Below, piece after piece: positions 24,578 to 37,406 of a stretch of 64,000 nucleotides of DNA; within the stretch, counting starts at the first letter, position 1, and each line of letters begins with the position of its first letter. Location: the NCBI GenBank assembly GCA_002269645.1, contig NIVC01001485.1:62001-126000 (forward strand), given 5' to 3'. The notes beneath the pieces were generated by a model, which saw nothing but the letters and a program-made list of their open reading frames with translations, made no database searches and was not told the DNA's origin. Origin of the DNA: Macrostomum lignano. Its lineage: Eukaryota. The translations under genes were made by a program, and so were the position numbers.

Positions 24578-25378
24578 CTAAGACAGGACAGACACAGACA
24601 GACACCAAGACAAGACGGACAGACAGACACTAAAACAGGGCAGACAGACACTAAGACAGGACAGACACAGACAGACACCAAGACAAGACAGACAGACGAC
24701 CGACACAACAGACAGACAGACCGACACAACAGATAGACAAACATATACCTGTACGGGGCAGACAGGACAGACAGGATGACACTCAGACACATTTAAAAGC
24801 TAATACATAATACTCCGTCACTTGCAGGGAGGTCCAAGGCCACGAGAGTGCCCTGATGCGCAGCTATTTTCCTGAGATCACTTACCTAGCTGGCGGTTGT
24901 CCAGCGGTTTCCGCAACGTGACAACTCGCGAATATAAGCCTAGACTGCTGCACGTACGCGGCGAACGTCAGAATATTGTAGTAACTGAGGTGCCGCGTTC
25001 TCGTAAAGCTTTGGACAACACGGACGTGTACATTCTGGACCTGGGCGATCGGGCCATCCAGTGGAACGGTAGCGGCGCCAATAAGAATGAGAAATTCAAG
25101 GCAGCTCAGTACTTGTCAAATTTGAAGAGCGAGCGCAATGGTAGGCTGGCTGCCAGCACTCTGGAGGAGGACGGAACACCTACTGAGGTGAGCGACTTAC
25201 CCTGCGCTTCCATTCCAATATATAAAATATATATAGTAGCAGCAACCTATGTGTGCAAATCATTTATTTCAGCACGAGTTCTACACGTCTCTGACTGACG
25301 AGGAGGTGGAACGGGACTCTGCTAGCGGCGGCTCGCCTGGCGCTCAAAAGCGAATGATGAAGTGAGCTGATGTCAGGC

Positions 25379-25430
<52 letters not shown>

Positions 25431-25433
25431 TGG

Positions 25434-25482
<49 letters not shown>

Positions 25483-25485
25483 TGG

Positions 25486-25578
<93 letters not shown>

Positions 25579-25599
25579 TGGCAGACAGACAGACAGACC

Positions 25600-25650
<51 letters not shown>

Positions 25651-25666
25651 TGACAGACAGACTGGC

Positions 25667-25699
<33 letters not shown>

Positions 25700-26703
25700 C
25701 CCAGGCAGACAGACACCCAGGCAGACAGACACCCAGGCAGACAGACACCCAGGCAGACATATCAACCGCCGTCAATTCATTGCAGACTGTCTGATGCCAC
25801 TGGCAAGCTGAATTTCGACTTGGTTTCCACGGATTCGCTGAGCAAAAGCAACATCACTGAGGATGTAAGCGTTTACTGCCTCCATGTTTCCTTCATAGCA
25901 ACAGTAACCATAGCAACTAAATTGACTTTGTCATTGCATCTCGCAGGACGTATTCATCATTGACAACGGTTTCGAAGTGTACGTCTACGTGGGAGAGAAT
26001 GCCTCAATGACTGAACGTCACAACGCTCTGGCCTACGCTCACGTTAGTGACTAGTCTCGATATATTGTACATATGTAGTGCACTCGTAATGCACAGCAGC
26101 CCTGTTTCCTTGCTATAACATTAAGGACTAGCAGTCAAGTGTAAAAATGTCCTAATTATTTGACACTGGTAGCAAATGTGCGCGGTACTATGAAGTTCAA
26201 ATTGGTTAGAAAGTTTTCCTTGAGAAGATTTGTTGAAACCAGTCGGGCAGAAGTCAGTATTGTGCCTGATAGGGAGGCTTGGAGGCTAGGAGACTCTGGG
26301 AGGCTGGCCTAGCAACTGACACTCTGGGAGGCTGGTGGCCCAGCAACTGACACTCTGGGAGGCTGGCTCAGCAACTGAGGATCTGGGAGCCTGGTGGCCC
26401 AGCAACTGAGGATATGGGAGGCTGGTGGCCCAGCAACTGAGGATCTGGTAGGCTGGCTCAGCAACTGAGGATCTGGGAGCCTGGTGGCCCAGCAACTGAG
26501 GATCGGGGGAATGAGTGGAGAATTTCTGCGCACGAGCCACTTTACAACAGACCCTTCATATCTTTGCACCTGTAACTGTAACCCATAATTAACTCATATT
26601 GCAGAATTACCTACGCGACAGCGTCAACCCGTTGCTACCGGTTACCGTGGTGACGCCGCAGGCCCCGGCCAAGACCAAGGCCGCCTTCAACGCCGTGTTT
26701 TAG
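23104..26703 (+). CDS. Three-domain gelsolin/severin-like actin-modulating protein (1-nt frameshift at ~24897)
   Basis: Exons 23104-23182, 23271-23350, 24104-24318, 24828-25187, 25273-25361, 25786-25864, 25947-26042 and 26605-26703 total 1097 nt, one short of 366 codons. Motifs [55 protein letters not shown] and DVFIID. Confidence 0.9.
23452..24030. repeat. 21-bp minisatellite (TCGATAATCTCATTAGCCTCA) in gelsolin intron 2
   Basis: Tandem units with 7-aa periodicity. Confidence 0.95.
24455..24790. repeat. (AGAC)n-type degenerate microsatellite in gelsolin intron 3
   Basis: Direct reading. Confidence 0.9.
25375..25760. repeat. (AGAC)n microsatellite in gelsolin intron 5
   Basis: Direct reading. 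Confidence 0.95.
26280..26510 (-). repeat. Minisatellite family A, inverted copy, in gelsolin intron 7
   Basis: Reverse complement of the 19761-20700 unit (CAGCAACTGAGGATCTGGGAGG). Confidence 0.9.
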
Positions 26704-27314
26704 AGCGGAACCAAAAGAAAATTTTGTCAAACGAAATTCCAAAAAGACAATTTTTGTGTTCAACCAAGAAATTTGTTGGGACCTTGAATTTTTCATATTT
26801 ATCTAATCTTCCTTTTTGTATATCCTTTAAAATTACACATTTATATAAAAATCACCTTTATATATTGCCTTCTTGTAGCCTCTTTAACAGCTTCTAATAC
26901 GCATTATTACCGAATAAGTGTGTCGCATTGTGTGTCATTATATAAAATGAACAATTCGTATTTAACCAGTTCAACTGCGTATTTTCTTATCCACTGTTTG
27001 AAGGGCGGTACGTTTAAGAAATCTTCTTTACAGTCTGGAATTCACCAAACGTTTATTGAGCGAATTGCGCGCTGTTTCGAATTGGCTACATTCTAGAAAT
27101 TTCATTTTCACTTTTTCCAGCAGGTTTTGCTATTGAATTAGTAATATTTTTCGCAGGTAGAGAAACCCCTTAGGCTGTTTAACTTTTTTGTGGAATTGCT
27201 TTTCAATATTTCTAAAAATTCACGCCCAAATACATTGGTTTGTATTCCAGTTGCTTTGTCCGCCTCAGATTTAAATCTCAGTTTGTTCTTTTGCTATGAC
27301 AAATCAATATTAGC

Positions 27315-27742
27315 CTGACTGACTGACTGACTGACTGACTGACTGACTGACTGACTGACTGACTGACTGACTGACTGACTGACTGACTGACTGACTGACT
27401 GACTGACTGACTGACTGACTGACTGACTGACTGACTGACTGACTGACTGACTGACTGACTGACTGACTGACTGACTGACTGACTGACTGACTGACTGACT
27501 GACTGACTGACTGACTGACTGACTGACTGACTGACTGACTGACTGACTGACTGACTGACTGACTGACTGACTGACTGACTGACTGACTGACTGACTGACT
27601 GACTGACTGACTGACTGACTGACTGACTGACTGACTGACTGACTGACTGACTGACTGACTGACTGACTGACTGATTTGATTGACTGATTTGATTGACTGA
27701 TTTAGTTGACTGATTTAGTTGATTTTGATTGATTTGATTGAT
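27315..27742. repeat. (GACT)n microsatellite with a degenerate TGATT tail
   Basis: About 360 bp of perfect GACT units. Confidence 0.97.
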
Positions 27743-27744
27743 TT

Positions 27745-30700
27745 AGAAGGATCTAGTGACATACTCAGTGAAGGATCTAGTGACATACTCAGTGTAGGAT
27801 CTAGTGACATACTCAGTGAAGGATCTAGTGACATACTTAGTGAAGGATCTAGTGACATACTTAGTCAAGGATCTAGTGACATACTTAGTGAATGATTTAG
27901 TGACGGGCTTAGTGAAGGATCTAATGACATACTCAGTGTAGGATCTAATGACATACTCAGTGAAGGATCTACATGTAATGACATACTTAGTGAAGGATCC
28001 AGTGACATACTTAGTGAAGGATCTAGTGACATAATCAGTGAAGGATCTAGTGACATAATCAGTGAAGGATCTAGTGACATAATCAGTGAAGGATCTAGTG
28101 ACATACTCAGTGAAGGATCTAGTGACATACTTAGTGAAGGATCTAATGACATACTCAGTGAAGGATCTAATGACATACTTAGTGAAGGATCCAGTGACAT
28201 ACTTAGTGAAGGATCTAGTGACATAATCAGTGAAGGATCTAGTGACATAATCAGTGAAGGATCTAGTGACATACTCAGTGAAGGATCTAGTGACATACTT
28301 AGTGAAGGATCTAGTGACATAATCAGTGAAGGATCTAGTGACATAATCAGTGAAGGATCTAGTGACATACTCAGTGAAGGATCTAGTGACATACTTAGTG
28401 AAGGATCTAGTGACATAATCAGTGAAGGATCTAGTGACATAATCAGTGAAGGATCTAGTGACATACTCAGTGAAGGATCTAGTGACATACTTAGTGAAGG
28501 ATCTAGTGACATACTTAGTGAAGGATCTAGTGACATACTCAGTGAAGGATCTAGTGACATACTCAGTGAAGGATCTAGTGACATACTTAGTGAAGGATCT
28601 AGTGACATAATCAGTGAAGGATCTAGTGACATAATCAGTGAAGGATCTAGTGACATACTCAGTGAAGGATCTAGTGACATACTTAGTGAAGGATCTAGTG
28701 ACATAATCAGTGAAGGATCTAGTGACATAATCAGTGAAGGATCTAGTGACATACTCAGTGAAGGATCTAGTGACATACTTAGTGAAGGATCTAGTGACAT
28801 ACTTAGTGAAGGATCTAGTGACATACTCAGTGAAGGATCTAATGACATACTTAGTGAAGGATCTAGTGACATACTCAGTGAAGGATCTAGTGACATACTC
28901 AGTGAAGGATCTAGTGACATACTTAGTGAAGGATCTAATGACATACTTAGTGAAGGATCTAATGACATACTTAGTGAAGGATCTAGTGACATACTCAGTG
29001 AAGGATCTAGTGACATAATCAGTGAAGGATCTAGTGACATACTCAGTGAAGGATCTAATGACATAATCAGTGAAGGATCTAGTGACATACTCAGTGAAGG
29101 ATCTAGTGACATACTTAGTGAAGGATCTAGTGACATAATCAGTGAAGGATCTAGTGACATAATCAGTGAAGGATCTAGTGACATAATCAGTGAAGGATCT
29201 AGTGACATAATCAGTGAAGGATCTAGTGACATACTCAGTGAAGGATCTAATGACATACTTAGTGAAGGATCTAATGACATACTTAGTGAAGGATCTAGTG
29301 ACATACTCAGTGAAGGATCTAGTGACATACTCAGTGAAGGATCTAATGACATACTCAGTGAAGGATCTAATGACATAATCAGTGAAGGATCTAGTGACAT
29401 ACTCAGTGAAGGATCTAATGACATACTCAGTGAAGGATCTAGTGACATAATCAGTGAAGGATCTAGTGACATACTCAGTGAAGGATTTAGTGACATAATC
29501 AGTGAAGGATCTAGTGACATACTCAGTGAAGGATCTAGTGACATACTCAGTGAAGGATCTAATGACATACTCAGTGAAGGATCTAGTGACATACTTAGTG
29601 AAGGATCTAGTGACATACTTAGTGAAGGATCTAGTGACATAATCAGTGAAGGATCTAGTGACATAATCAGTGAAGGATCTAGTGACATACTCAGTGAAGG
29701 ATCTAGTGACATACTTAGTGAAGGATCTAGTGACATAATCAGTGAAGGATCTAGTGACATAATCAGTGAAGGATCTAGTGACATACTCAGTGAAGGATCT
29801 AGTGACATACTTAGTGAAGGATCTAGTGACATACTTAGTGAAGGATCTAGTGACATACTCAGTGAAGGATCTAATGACATACTTAGTGAAGGATCTAGTG
29901 ACATACTCAGTGAAGGATCTAGTGACATACTCAGTGAAGGATCTAGTGACATACTTAGTGAAGGATCTAATGACATACTTAGTGAAGGATCTAATGACAT
30001 ACTTAGTGAAGGATCTAGTGACATACTCAGTGAAGGATCTAGTGACATAATCAGTGAAGGATCTAGTGACATACTCAGTGAAGGATCTAATGACATAATC
30101 AGTGAAGGATCTAGTGACATACTCAGTGAAGGATCTAGTGACATACTTAGTGAAGGATCTAGTGACATAATCAGTGAAGGATCTAGTGACATAATCAGTG
30201 AAGGATCTAGTGACATAATCAGTGAAGGATCTAGTGACATAATCAGTGAAGGATCTAGTGACATACTCAGTGAAGGATCTAATGACATACTTAGTGAAGG
30301 ATCTAATGACATACTTAGTGAAGGATCTAGTGACATACTCAGTGAAGGATCTAGTGACATACTCAGTGAAGGATCTAATGACATACTCAGTGAAGGATCT
30401 AGTGACATACTCAGTGAAGGATCTAATGACATACTTAGTGAAGGATCTAGTGACATACTCAGTGAAGGATCTAGTGACATACTCAGTGAAGGATCTAGTG
30501 ACATACTCAGTGAAGGATCTAGTGACATACTTAGTGAAGGATCTAATGACATACTCAGTGAAGGATCTAATGACATACTTAGTGAAGGATCTAGTGACAT
30601 ACTCAGTGAAGGATCTAGTGACATACTCAGTGAAGGATCTAGTGACATACTCAGTGAAGGATCTAATGACATACTTAGTGAAGGATCTAGTGACATACTC

Positions 30701-30745
30701 AGTGAAGGATCTAGTGACATACTCAGTGAAGGATCTAGTGACAGG
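27745..30745. repeat. 24-bp satellite array (ACATACTCAGTGAAGGATCTAGTG and variants), ~125 units
   Basis: Direct reading; 8-aa periodicity. Identical ORF calls occur 1032 bp apart (28734 and 29766). Confidence 0.97.
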
Positions 30746-31022
30746 CTTAGTGACTGTCAGACCCAGCGGCGCACATGAAGTAACGGTGCCCTCAAAGCCA
30801 GATACCACAGAAGCTCTTAGGTTAGAAAATTATGCAGTTTAATTTTCATCACGTCTGCTTGATCGAATCTTTCAGACCGGTTTTTAAAAACCAAGCAAAA
30901 AGTGGAGAAAACTAATTAACAAAACTGACCAGAAGCAAGCAATCAATAAATTTGCCGATTGCAGTATCGGTCAAAGCAACTGAAAGTTTCTTGTCCATTT
31001 GATTGAATCAACAGCACACAGA

Positions 31023-34000
31023 ATGGACCGCGGAATGCATCAATACCAGCAGCAGCAACAACCAAATCTGCAGCACAACCCTTACCATGGCCTTAGCAAC
31101 GGTCGTCAATATCAACAACAGGCGCCGCCGCCTCCAATCATTGGTGGCGGAGCTGGCGAGCATTTGTTCTTCTTTAAAAAGCGAGCAGAGCGACTTGATT
31201 GGCGCCGTCTAGCCGCTATCGATGTTGATCGAATTCAGCGCGACCTGGACTTTGCCGCCCTGCAGGAGCACCTGGCCGGGGTTACTTATTGCGATGCTGA
31301 GTCAGAATTTGCTCGCTGTAACGATGCTAATTTAGTAAAGTTATTTCGACTGGCTCAGCTAATGATTGAGTATCTGCTGCATTCGCAGGTTGGTATAGAT
31401 TGTTATCGAAATTGCTTTCTGTGTTATGATGCCGCGATACTGGTTGCTAGGGCCGGTTTATTCTTATAACACTGGTTGCTAGGGCAATCGACTGTTGTAA
31501 TACTGGTTGCTAGGGCCGGTTTATTCTTATAGCACTGGTTGCTAGGGCAATCGATTGTTGTAATACTGGTTTCTAGGGGCGGTTTATCCTATAATACTGG
31601 TTGCTAGGGGCGGTTCATTCTTGTAATACTGGTTGCTAGGGCAATCGATTATTGTAATATTGGTTGCTAGGAGCGGTTTATCCTATAATACTGGTTGCTA
31701 GGGCAATCGATTGTTCATTTTGCAATCCTGGTTGGTGGTTGCTAGGATGATTACTTGTTGTTATACTGGTGGCTATGGTGACCATCGTTATGCTACCGGT
31801 TGCTAGGGCGATTACTGTAGGTATATTGGTTGCTAGCCAAATTTTCCAACAAGTCTAGCACGAATTCTCGACTTAAATTTAGGCAATCATATGCCTCACG
31901 CACTACTGCCGCCCCGATAAAAAATACAGGAGTATCTGGCGCACACGCGCGGCCAGTTGGAGCGCCAGACGGCGGAGGCGCAGGCCGAAGCGCTGGCTTT
32001 GAAGCAGCGTCTGGCCGACAAGCAGCGGGAGGCCAACGATTTGAAGCGGGAATGTCACAAGAGAAAGAAATTATTGATCGCCCAGCAACAGCTGATGGAG
32101 GCTGGGCCGCAGTCCTATCAGCGCTGTCCCTATTGTCCGAAAGCGTTTCTTAACAATACCTTTCTGCGATCGCATATTAATAGGCGGCACGGAGGGGCCG
32201 AGTATCCGCCAACTGGGGCTGGCGCTTCGTCTGGTAGGGATCTGCAGGTATGTATGCTGGCTACTAGATGTCCTTGAACTTCCAGATCCCTATTCGGGGT
32301 ATCCTTCAACCTTTTTTATCTTCTGAACTCCCTGACCAGATTGTTATCTTTAGTGTCCTTGAGCTCCCATACCATATTCCTTAGTGTCCTTGAGCTCCCA
32401 TACCATATTCTTTAGTGTCCTTGAGCCCCCAGACCAGATTCTATCTTTAGTGTCCTTGATTGATTGAACTCCCTGACCAGATTCTTATCTTTAGTGTCCT
32501 TGAAACTCCCTGACCAGATTCTTATCTCTGGTGTCCTTGAACTCCCATACCAGATCCTTATCTTTAGTGTCCTTGAACTCCCTGACCAGATCCTTATCTT
32601 TAGTGTCCTTCAGCTCCTAGACCAGATCCTTATCTTTAGTGTCCTTCAGCTCCTAGACCAGATCCTTATCTTTAGTGTCCTTCAGCTCCTAGACCAGATC
32701 CTTATCTTTAGTGTCCTTCAGCTCCTAGACCAGATCCTTATCTTTAGTGTCCTTCAGCTCCTAGACCAGATCCTTATCTTTAGTGTCCTTCAGCTCCTAG
32801 ACCAGATCCTTATCTTTAGTGTCCTTCAGCTCCTAGACCAGATCCTTATCTTTAGTGTCCTTCAGCTCCTAGACCAGATCCTTATCTTTAGTGTCCTTCA
32901 GCTCCTAGACCAGATCCTTATCTTTAGTGTCCTTCAGCTCCTAGACCAGATCCTTATCTTTAGTGTCCTTCAGCTCCTAGACCAGATCCTTATCTTTAGT
33001 GTCCTTCAGCTCCTAGACCAGATCCTTATCTTTAGTGTCCTTCAGCTCCTAGACCAGATCCTTATCTTTAGTGTCCTTCAGCTCCTAGACCAGATCCTTA
33101 TCTTTAGTGTCCTTCAGCTCCTAGACCAGATCCTTATCTTTAGTGTCCTTCAGCTCCTAGACCAGATAGATCTTTATCTTAGATTTCCTTTAACATACCA
33201 GACTAGATTCTCATCTTAGGCGTCCTTGAGGTTCAATTTCTCGTCTCACTTCTATTAAAAAGAATTTTTATTAGCATCCTCTCCTTACAATGGCACCGTT
33301 CAGACCCGCGTTGACCTGCTGTCCCAGCTGACCCGGGAGGAGCTCCTGACTCGCCTAAGCCAGCTCGATGCCGCCGCTGCCGCCTCAGCCGGCGCTGCCG
33401 AGTCGCCCGGACGGCGTCAAAGACAACTGCAGCAACAACTGGCCGAGATGCAGGCCAAGCACGAGGCCGACTTGGCCAGACTGCGCGATTCGCACGAGCG
33501 TCAGCTACGTCAGCAGCAGCAGCAGGAGCAGCAGGAGCGCGAGCGTCAACAACTTCAACAGCAGGAGGCTAGGCGTCGTACAAATCTCGGCGAATTGCTC
33601 ATGGACGACGACGAGGACAACATCGGAGATGCCGATGATAAAGTGTCGGCTCGTCGGGCAGCGCCGGCCGCTGCCGCAGCTTCGGGCAGTCCAATGCCGG
33701 CCCGACAGCCGGAGGACGATCTGGCAGCTGTGTCGGCCCAGATGCGCCGGAATCTGGATCTGCACGCGAGTTCGCGAGAGTCTCTGCTAATGAATAGCAC
33801 TACTGAGAATAGCATGGCACAGGGCGTTGAGGCTATGCGGACCAGCGGCCTGCTGGCTCGGCTGAAAGGCGATCGCGGCATTGTTGAAGGCTTGAAAAGC
33901 GAATTGGCTCAGTTGCTTGAGGAACAGCTCGAGGAGCGGGGCATTGAGCCTAATACTACTCGAATTAGCAATCGGGTGCTCAATGAGAAACTTGCGATGC

Positions 34001-35516
34001 TGGCTCGTGAACGAGAGCAGGTGGCCTTCAAGTTTAAGAATTTTGAACAGCTGAGGCGACAGCACGCTGCATCGGTGAGAATGGCATTAGCTGCATGTTA
34101 CCGATATGTATCGATGGAATGTTTCTTTAGCATATCTTGACCTACTCCCGATATGTATCGATGGAATGTTTCTTTAGCATATCTTGACCTACTCCCGATA
34201 TGTATCGATAGAATGTTTCTTTAGCATATCTTGACCTACTCCCGATATGTATCGATAGAATGTTTCTTTAGCATATTTGGACTTACTCCCGATATGTATT
34301 GATAGAATGTTTCTTTAGCATATTTGGACCTACTCCCGATATGTATCGATAGAATGTTTCTTTAGCATATTTTGACCTACTCCCGATATGTATCGATAGA
34401 ATGTTTCTTTAGCATATCTTGACCTACTCCCGATATGTATTGATAGAATGTTTTCTTATCATAGCTTCGATGTGTATCTATAGAATGTTTTTTATCATCC
34501 ATCCATTGATTAATCGACAGGTGGACGCCAAAGCGCGTCAAATATTGAACGGCACAGCAGGTGGCGCCGGGGCCACCGCCAGCGGGACGGGCACCCAGTC
34601 GCTAACCAGACTGCTGCAGCAGCAACAACAGCAGCAGCAAATTCAGCGGCCAACAGTCCGCGTCACCCATCCCGAAGATGACGAAGCCTCAGAAGAAGAA
34701 GACTCTGAAGAAGATGATGAGGAAGAAACCGAAGATGAAGAAGAAGAAGAGATTGTCCCGAACAGCAAGCAGCAGGTGCCCGCGCAGGTGCACACTAACC
34801 CGGCGTCTGGCAACGCCGCAGCCGCTACTGCCATCGAAGAATTCGATTCGGACGAATACGAAGATGAAGACGAGGACGAGTACGAGGACGAGACCGCTAC
34901 TCGAACTGCCGACCATCGTCATCCTGAGACGGCGGTGTCGGCCACCGACGGATCTAGGCGACCTCCCGGAGTGCCGGACCTTCGACTTGGCGGCATTGGC
35001 GGCGGCGGCGGCGGCGGCGGCGCGGGCGTCAATCCCACTCCCAGTCCACGCCTTCCGCGCTCCCACCAACAACAGCAGCTGCAGCACCACCTGGCTCCCG
35101 ATTCGCCAGACGCTGTACACGCTTTCGACTCTCCCGATGGCGCTGTCGGCGGCGGCGGCGGCGCCGTTATTTCGCGGCATCCTCAGCAGCGCCTACCAGC
35201 GGAGGCGTCCTCTTCCTGGGACTCGCAGGGCGACGAGATCTCCGAGTTGAATGCCGTTACTAACGGCGGCGGAGGAGCTGCCGATCTCAACGATGAAGTC
35301 AACGACCTGCTGCAGAAGCTGGGTTCCTCTGGCAACGGTGGCGGCGGCGGCTTGAATGTACGCGGCTCGGCCCAGACCGACAACAGCAACACGTTGGACA
35401 CGTCGCAATGGGCCGTCACATCCAATGTGGTTAGCACTGTTAATCCCGGCGCTACAGGCCGATCGTTGGGCACTAATAAAAGTTCAGATATTGGCGAAGA
35501 ATCCTTCGATGACTAA
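31023..35516 (+). CDS. DZIP1: DAZ-interacting zinc finger protein 1 (Iguana), ciliary basal-body protein
   Basis: Exons 31023-31388, 31930-32247, 33304-34074 and 34521-35516 (2451 nt, in frame). Dzip-like N domain (F.FKKR.ERLDWRRLAAIDVD...KLFRLAQLMIEYLLHSQEYL), coiled coil, and C2H2 finger CPYCPKAF....FLRSHINRRH. Confidence 0.9.
31436..31838 (+). promoter_or_regulatory. Tandem array of RFX X-box-like motifs in DZIP1 intron 1
   Basis: About 13 degenerate ~30-bp units, each centred on GGTTGCTAGG; four read GTTGCTAGGGCAAT. Function is inferred. Confidence 0.5.
32330..33170. repeat. 36-bp minisatellite (CTTCAGCTCCTAGACCAGATCCTTATCTTTAGTGTC) in DZIP1 intron 2
   Basis: Near-perfect tandem units with 12-aa periodicity. 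Confidence 0.95.
34101..34470. repeat. 47-bp minisatellite in DZIP1 intron 3
   Basis: CGATATGTATCGATGGAATGTTTCTTTAGCATATCTTGACCTACTCC, ~8 copies. Confidence 0.95.
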
Positions 35517-35765
35517 CTTTGTTCTCATATTTAATTTGCTTTTTTTACAATAGTTGTTTTTATTGAAATTCAAGACAGGTTTTTATATATGATACTTTAT
35601 TTTTGAACTGTCTAAACCCAACATTTTTTCACTGTATAGAGTAACTTAATTATGCGTTAGTTGAACCTTTTGGGCCATGGACAATGAAAAGCTTTCTTCA
35701 ATAGCGACCGCTAAGGATTGGATTGCGTTGCTCCCGACGCTTAATTAGCTTAGGAAATGTTATAT

Positions 35766-36521
35766 TAGGGGTCGGCAAACTCGCCCGTCACATGCGGCCG
35801 GCAGAGCCTCTCTGTCCGGCCCTCGTGTCCTTTGAAACTTTACAATAGCAAGGTTTGTCTCTTTTTAGCTCTCTTCTCTACGATCTCTTCTCTCGTCTCG
35901 TCTCCTCTCCCCTCCCTCTCCTCTACCTTCTCTCTCTCTTCTCTCCCCTCCCTCTCCTCTACCTTCTCTCTCTCTTCTCTCCCCTCCCTCTCCTCTACCT
36001 TCTCTCTCTCTTCTCTCCCCTCCCTCTCCTCTACCTTCTCTCTCTCCTCTCCTCTCCCCTCCCTCTCCTCTACCTTCTCTCTCTCCTCTGCTCTCCCCTC
36101 CCTCTCCTCTACCTTCTCTCTCTCCTCTCCTCTCCCCTCCCTCTCCTCTACCTTCTCTCTCTCCTCTCCTCTCCTCTACCTTCTCTCTCCTCTCCTCTCC
36201 CCTCCCTCTCCTCTACCTTCTCTCTCTCCTCTCCTCTCCCCTCCCTCTCCTCTACCTTCTCTCTCTCCCCTCCCTCTCCTCTACCTTCTCTCTCTCCTCT
36301 CCTCTCCTCTCCCTCTCCTCTACCTTCTCTCTCTCCTCTCCTCTTCTCTCTTATTTCTTCTCCTCTCCTCTCCTATTTATCTCTCGTCTCCTCTCGTCCT
36401 CTTTTCTCTCTTCTCTATAACTTTGTCTCTCCTTTCTCTTATCTCTCCTCTCTATTTCATAATATACGCCGGGTTCTCTATCTAGCCCTTAAGGTAAAAA
36501 CAAGGTTTCCGACTCCCCCCT
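35766..36521 (+). mobile_element. hAT-like MITE containing a (CT)-rich polypyrimidine array
   Basis: Left end TAGGGGTCGGCAAAC..CGGCC..GGCCCTCGTG and imperfect right end GTTTCCGACTCCCCCC. Same family as 16935-17273. No clear TSD. Confidence 0.5.
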
Positions 36522-37406
36522 TGTGCTATATAAAATTGCACGATTGTTGTTGGCACCCCTGGTGGAATGCCTTTGGAAGTTAAAAATGTACAAAACTACC
36601 ATCAATATTGTAAATACATCAATTTTTCCCTTTTGTTTTACTTAGCCTAATTTTATCACCAAACGCTTTGACGCTATCTTTCACCTAATGGCAGTTGCCC
36701 ATAGTGTATAATTTGATAACAGATTTAATAGCATCTATAGATTCACTTGTATTGTATTGTTGTTTTTTGCTTACCTTACTACTACCTGGTTGTAGTAGTA
36801 GCAGTAGTAGTGTATTAACATGACACGCGTTATGAAAAAAACTGTTTTTGTCTTCCTTTTCCTAATTAATTGTTAAGAAATAGATTTCTGTATTTAATAG
36901 CTTCTGTTGTTTAAAATTGAATGATTTTATCTATTATTTATTGAACTCTCTGATGTCAAATGATTACCCGTCCACCTTTGATTTGTACCTGGTCAATATT
37001 TAATAATATCTTCTCAATTACCTGTAATTAAACTGGCGGGACCATTAAAATATGTTGCTATTTCGTCACTTAGCAGTGCTAATATTTATAAATTTTCTGA
37101 ATCATACTACTCACTAATTCTTGTTATGAGTAGTTTATGCGCGCGTGTTTTCGGATTTCTGCGTCTGTCCCTTTGAATATAAAATAAATAAAGCCTCTAT
37201 TTATATTTTATCTTTTCTATTATATTAGTATTGTTTGAGTCTACTTTTTGCTTTTTGTAACTAAGTAGTACACTAAGTAGTATATATTCATATTGCAACT
37301 TATCCTGAATTTATTGCATGATAAAAAACTCATCAAGCAATTTCTACGCTATTTAACACTACTCACAGTAGTTCATTCTAGAGTGAAGTGCTTATAAAAT
37401 GCAGCT

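Noticed and set aside
27743-30808. 1021-aa and 951-aa ORFs (VTRSFTEY / MSLDPSLS repeats)
   Set aside because: They are by-products of a 24-bp unit that has no stop in some frames. There is no start or termination context, and the array is intergenic satellite.
32330-33170. CRISPR-like appearance of 32-48-bp regularly spaced repeats
   Set aside because: The units are head-to-tail with no unique spacers, there are no cas genes, and the context is eukaryotic.
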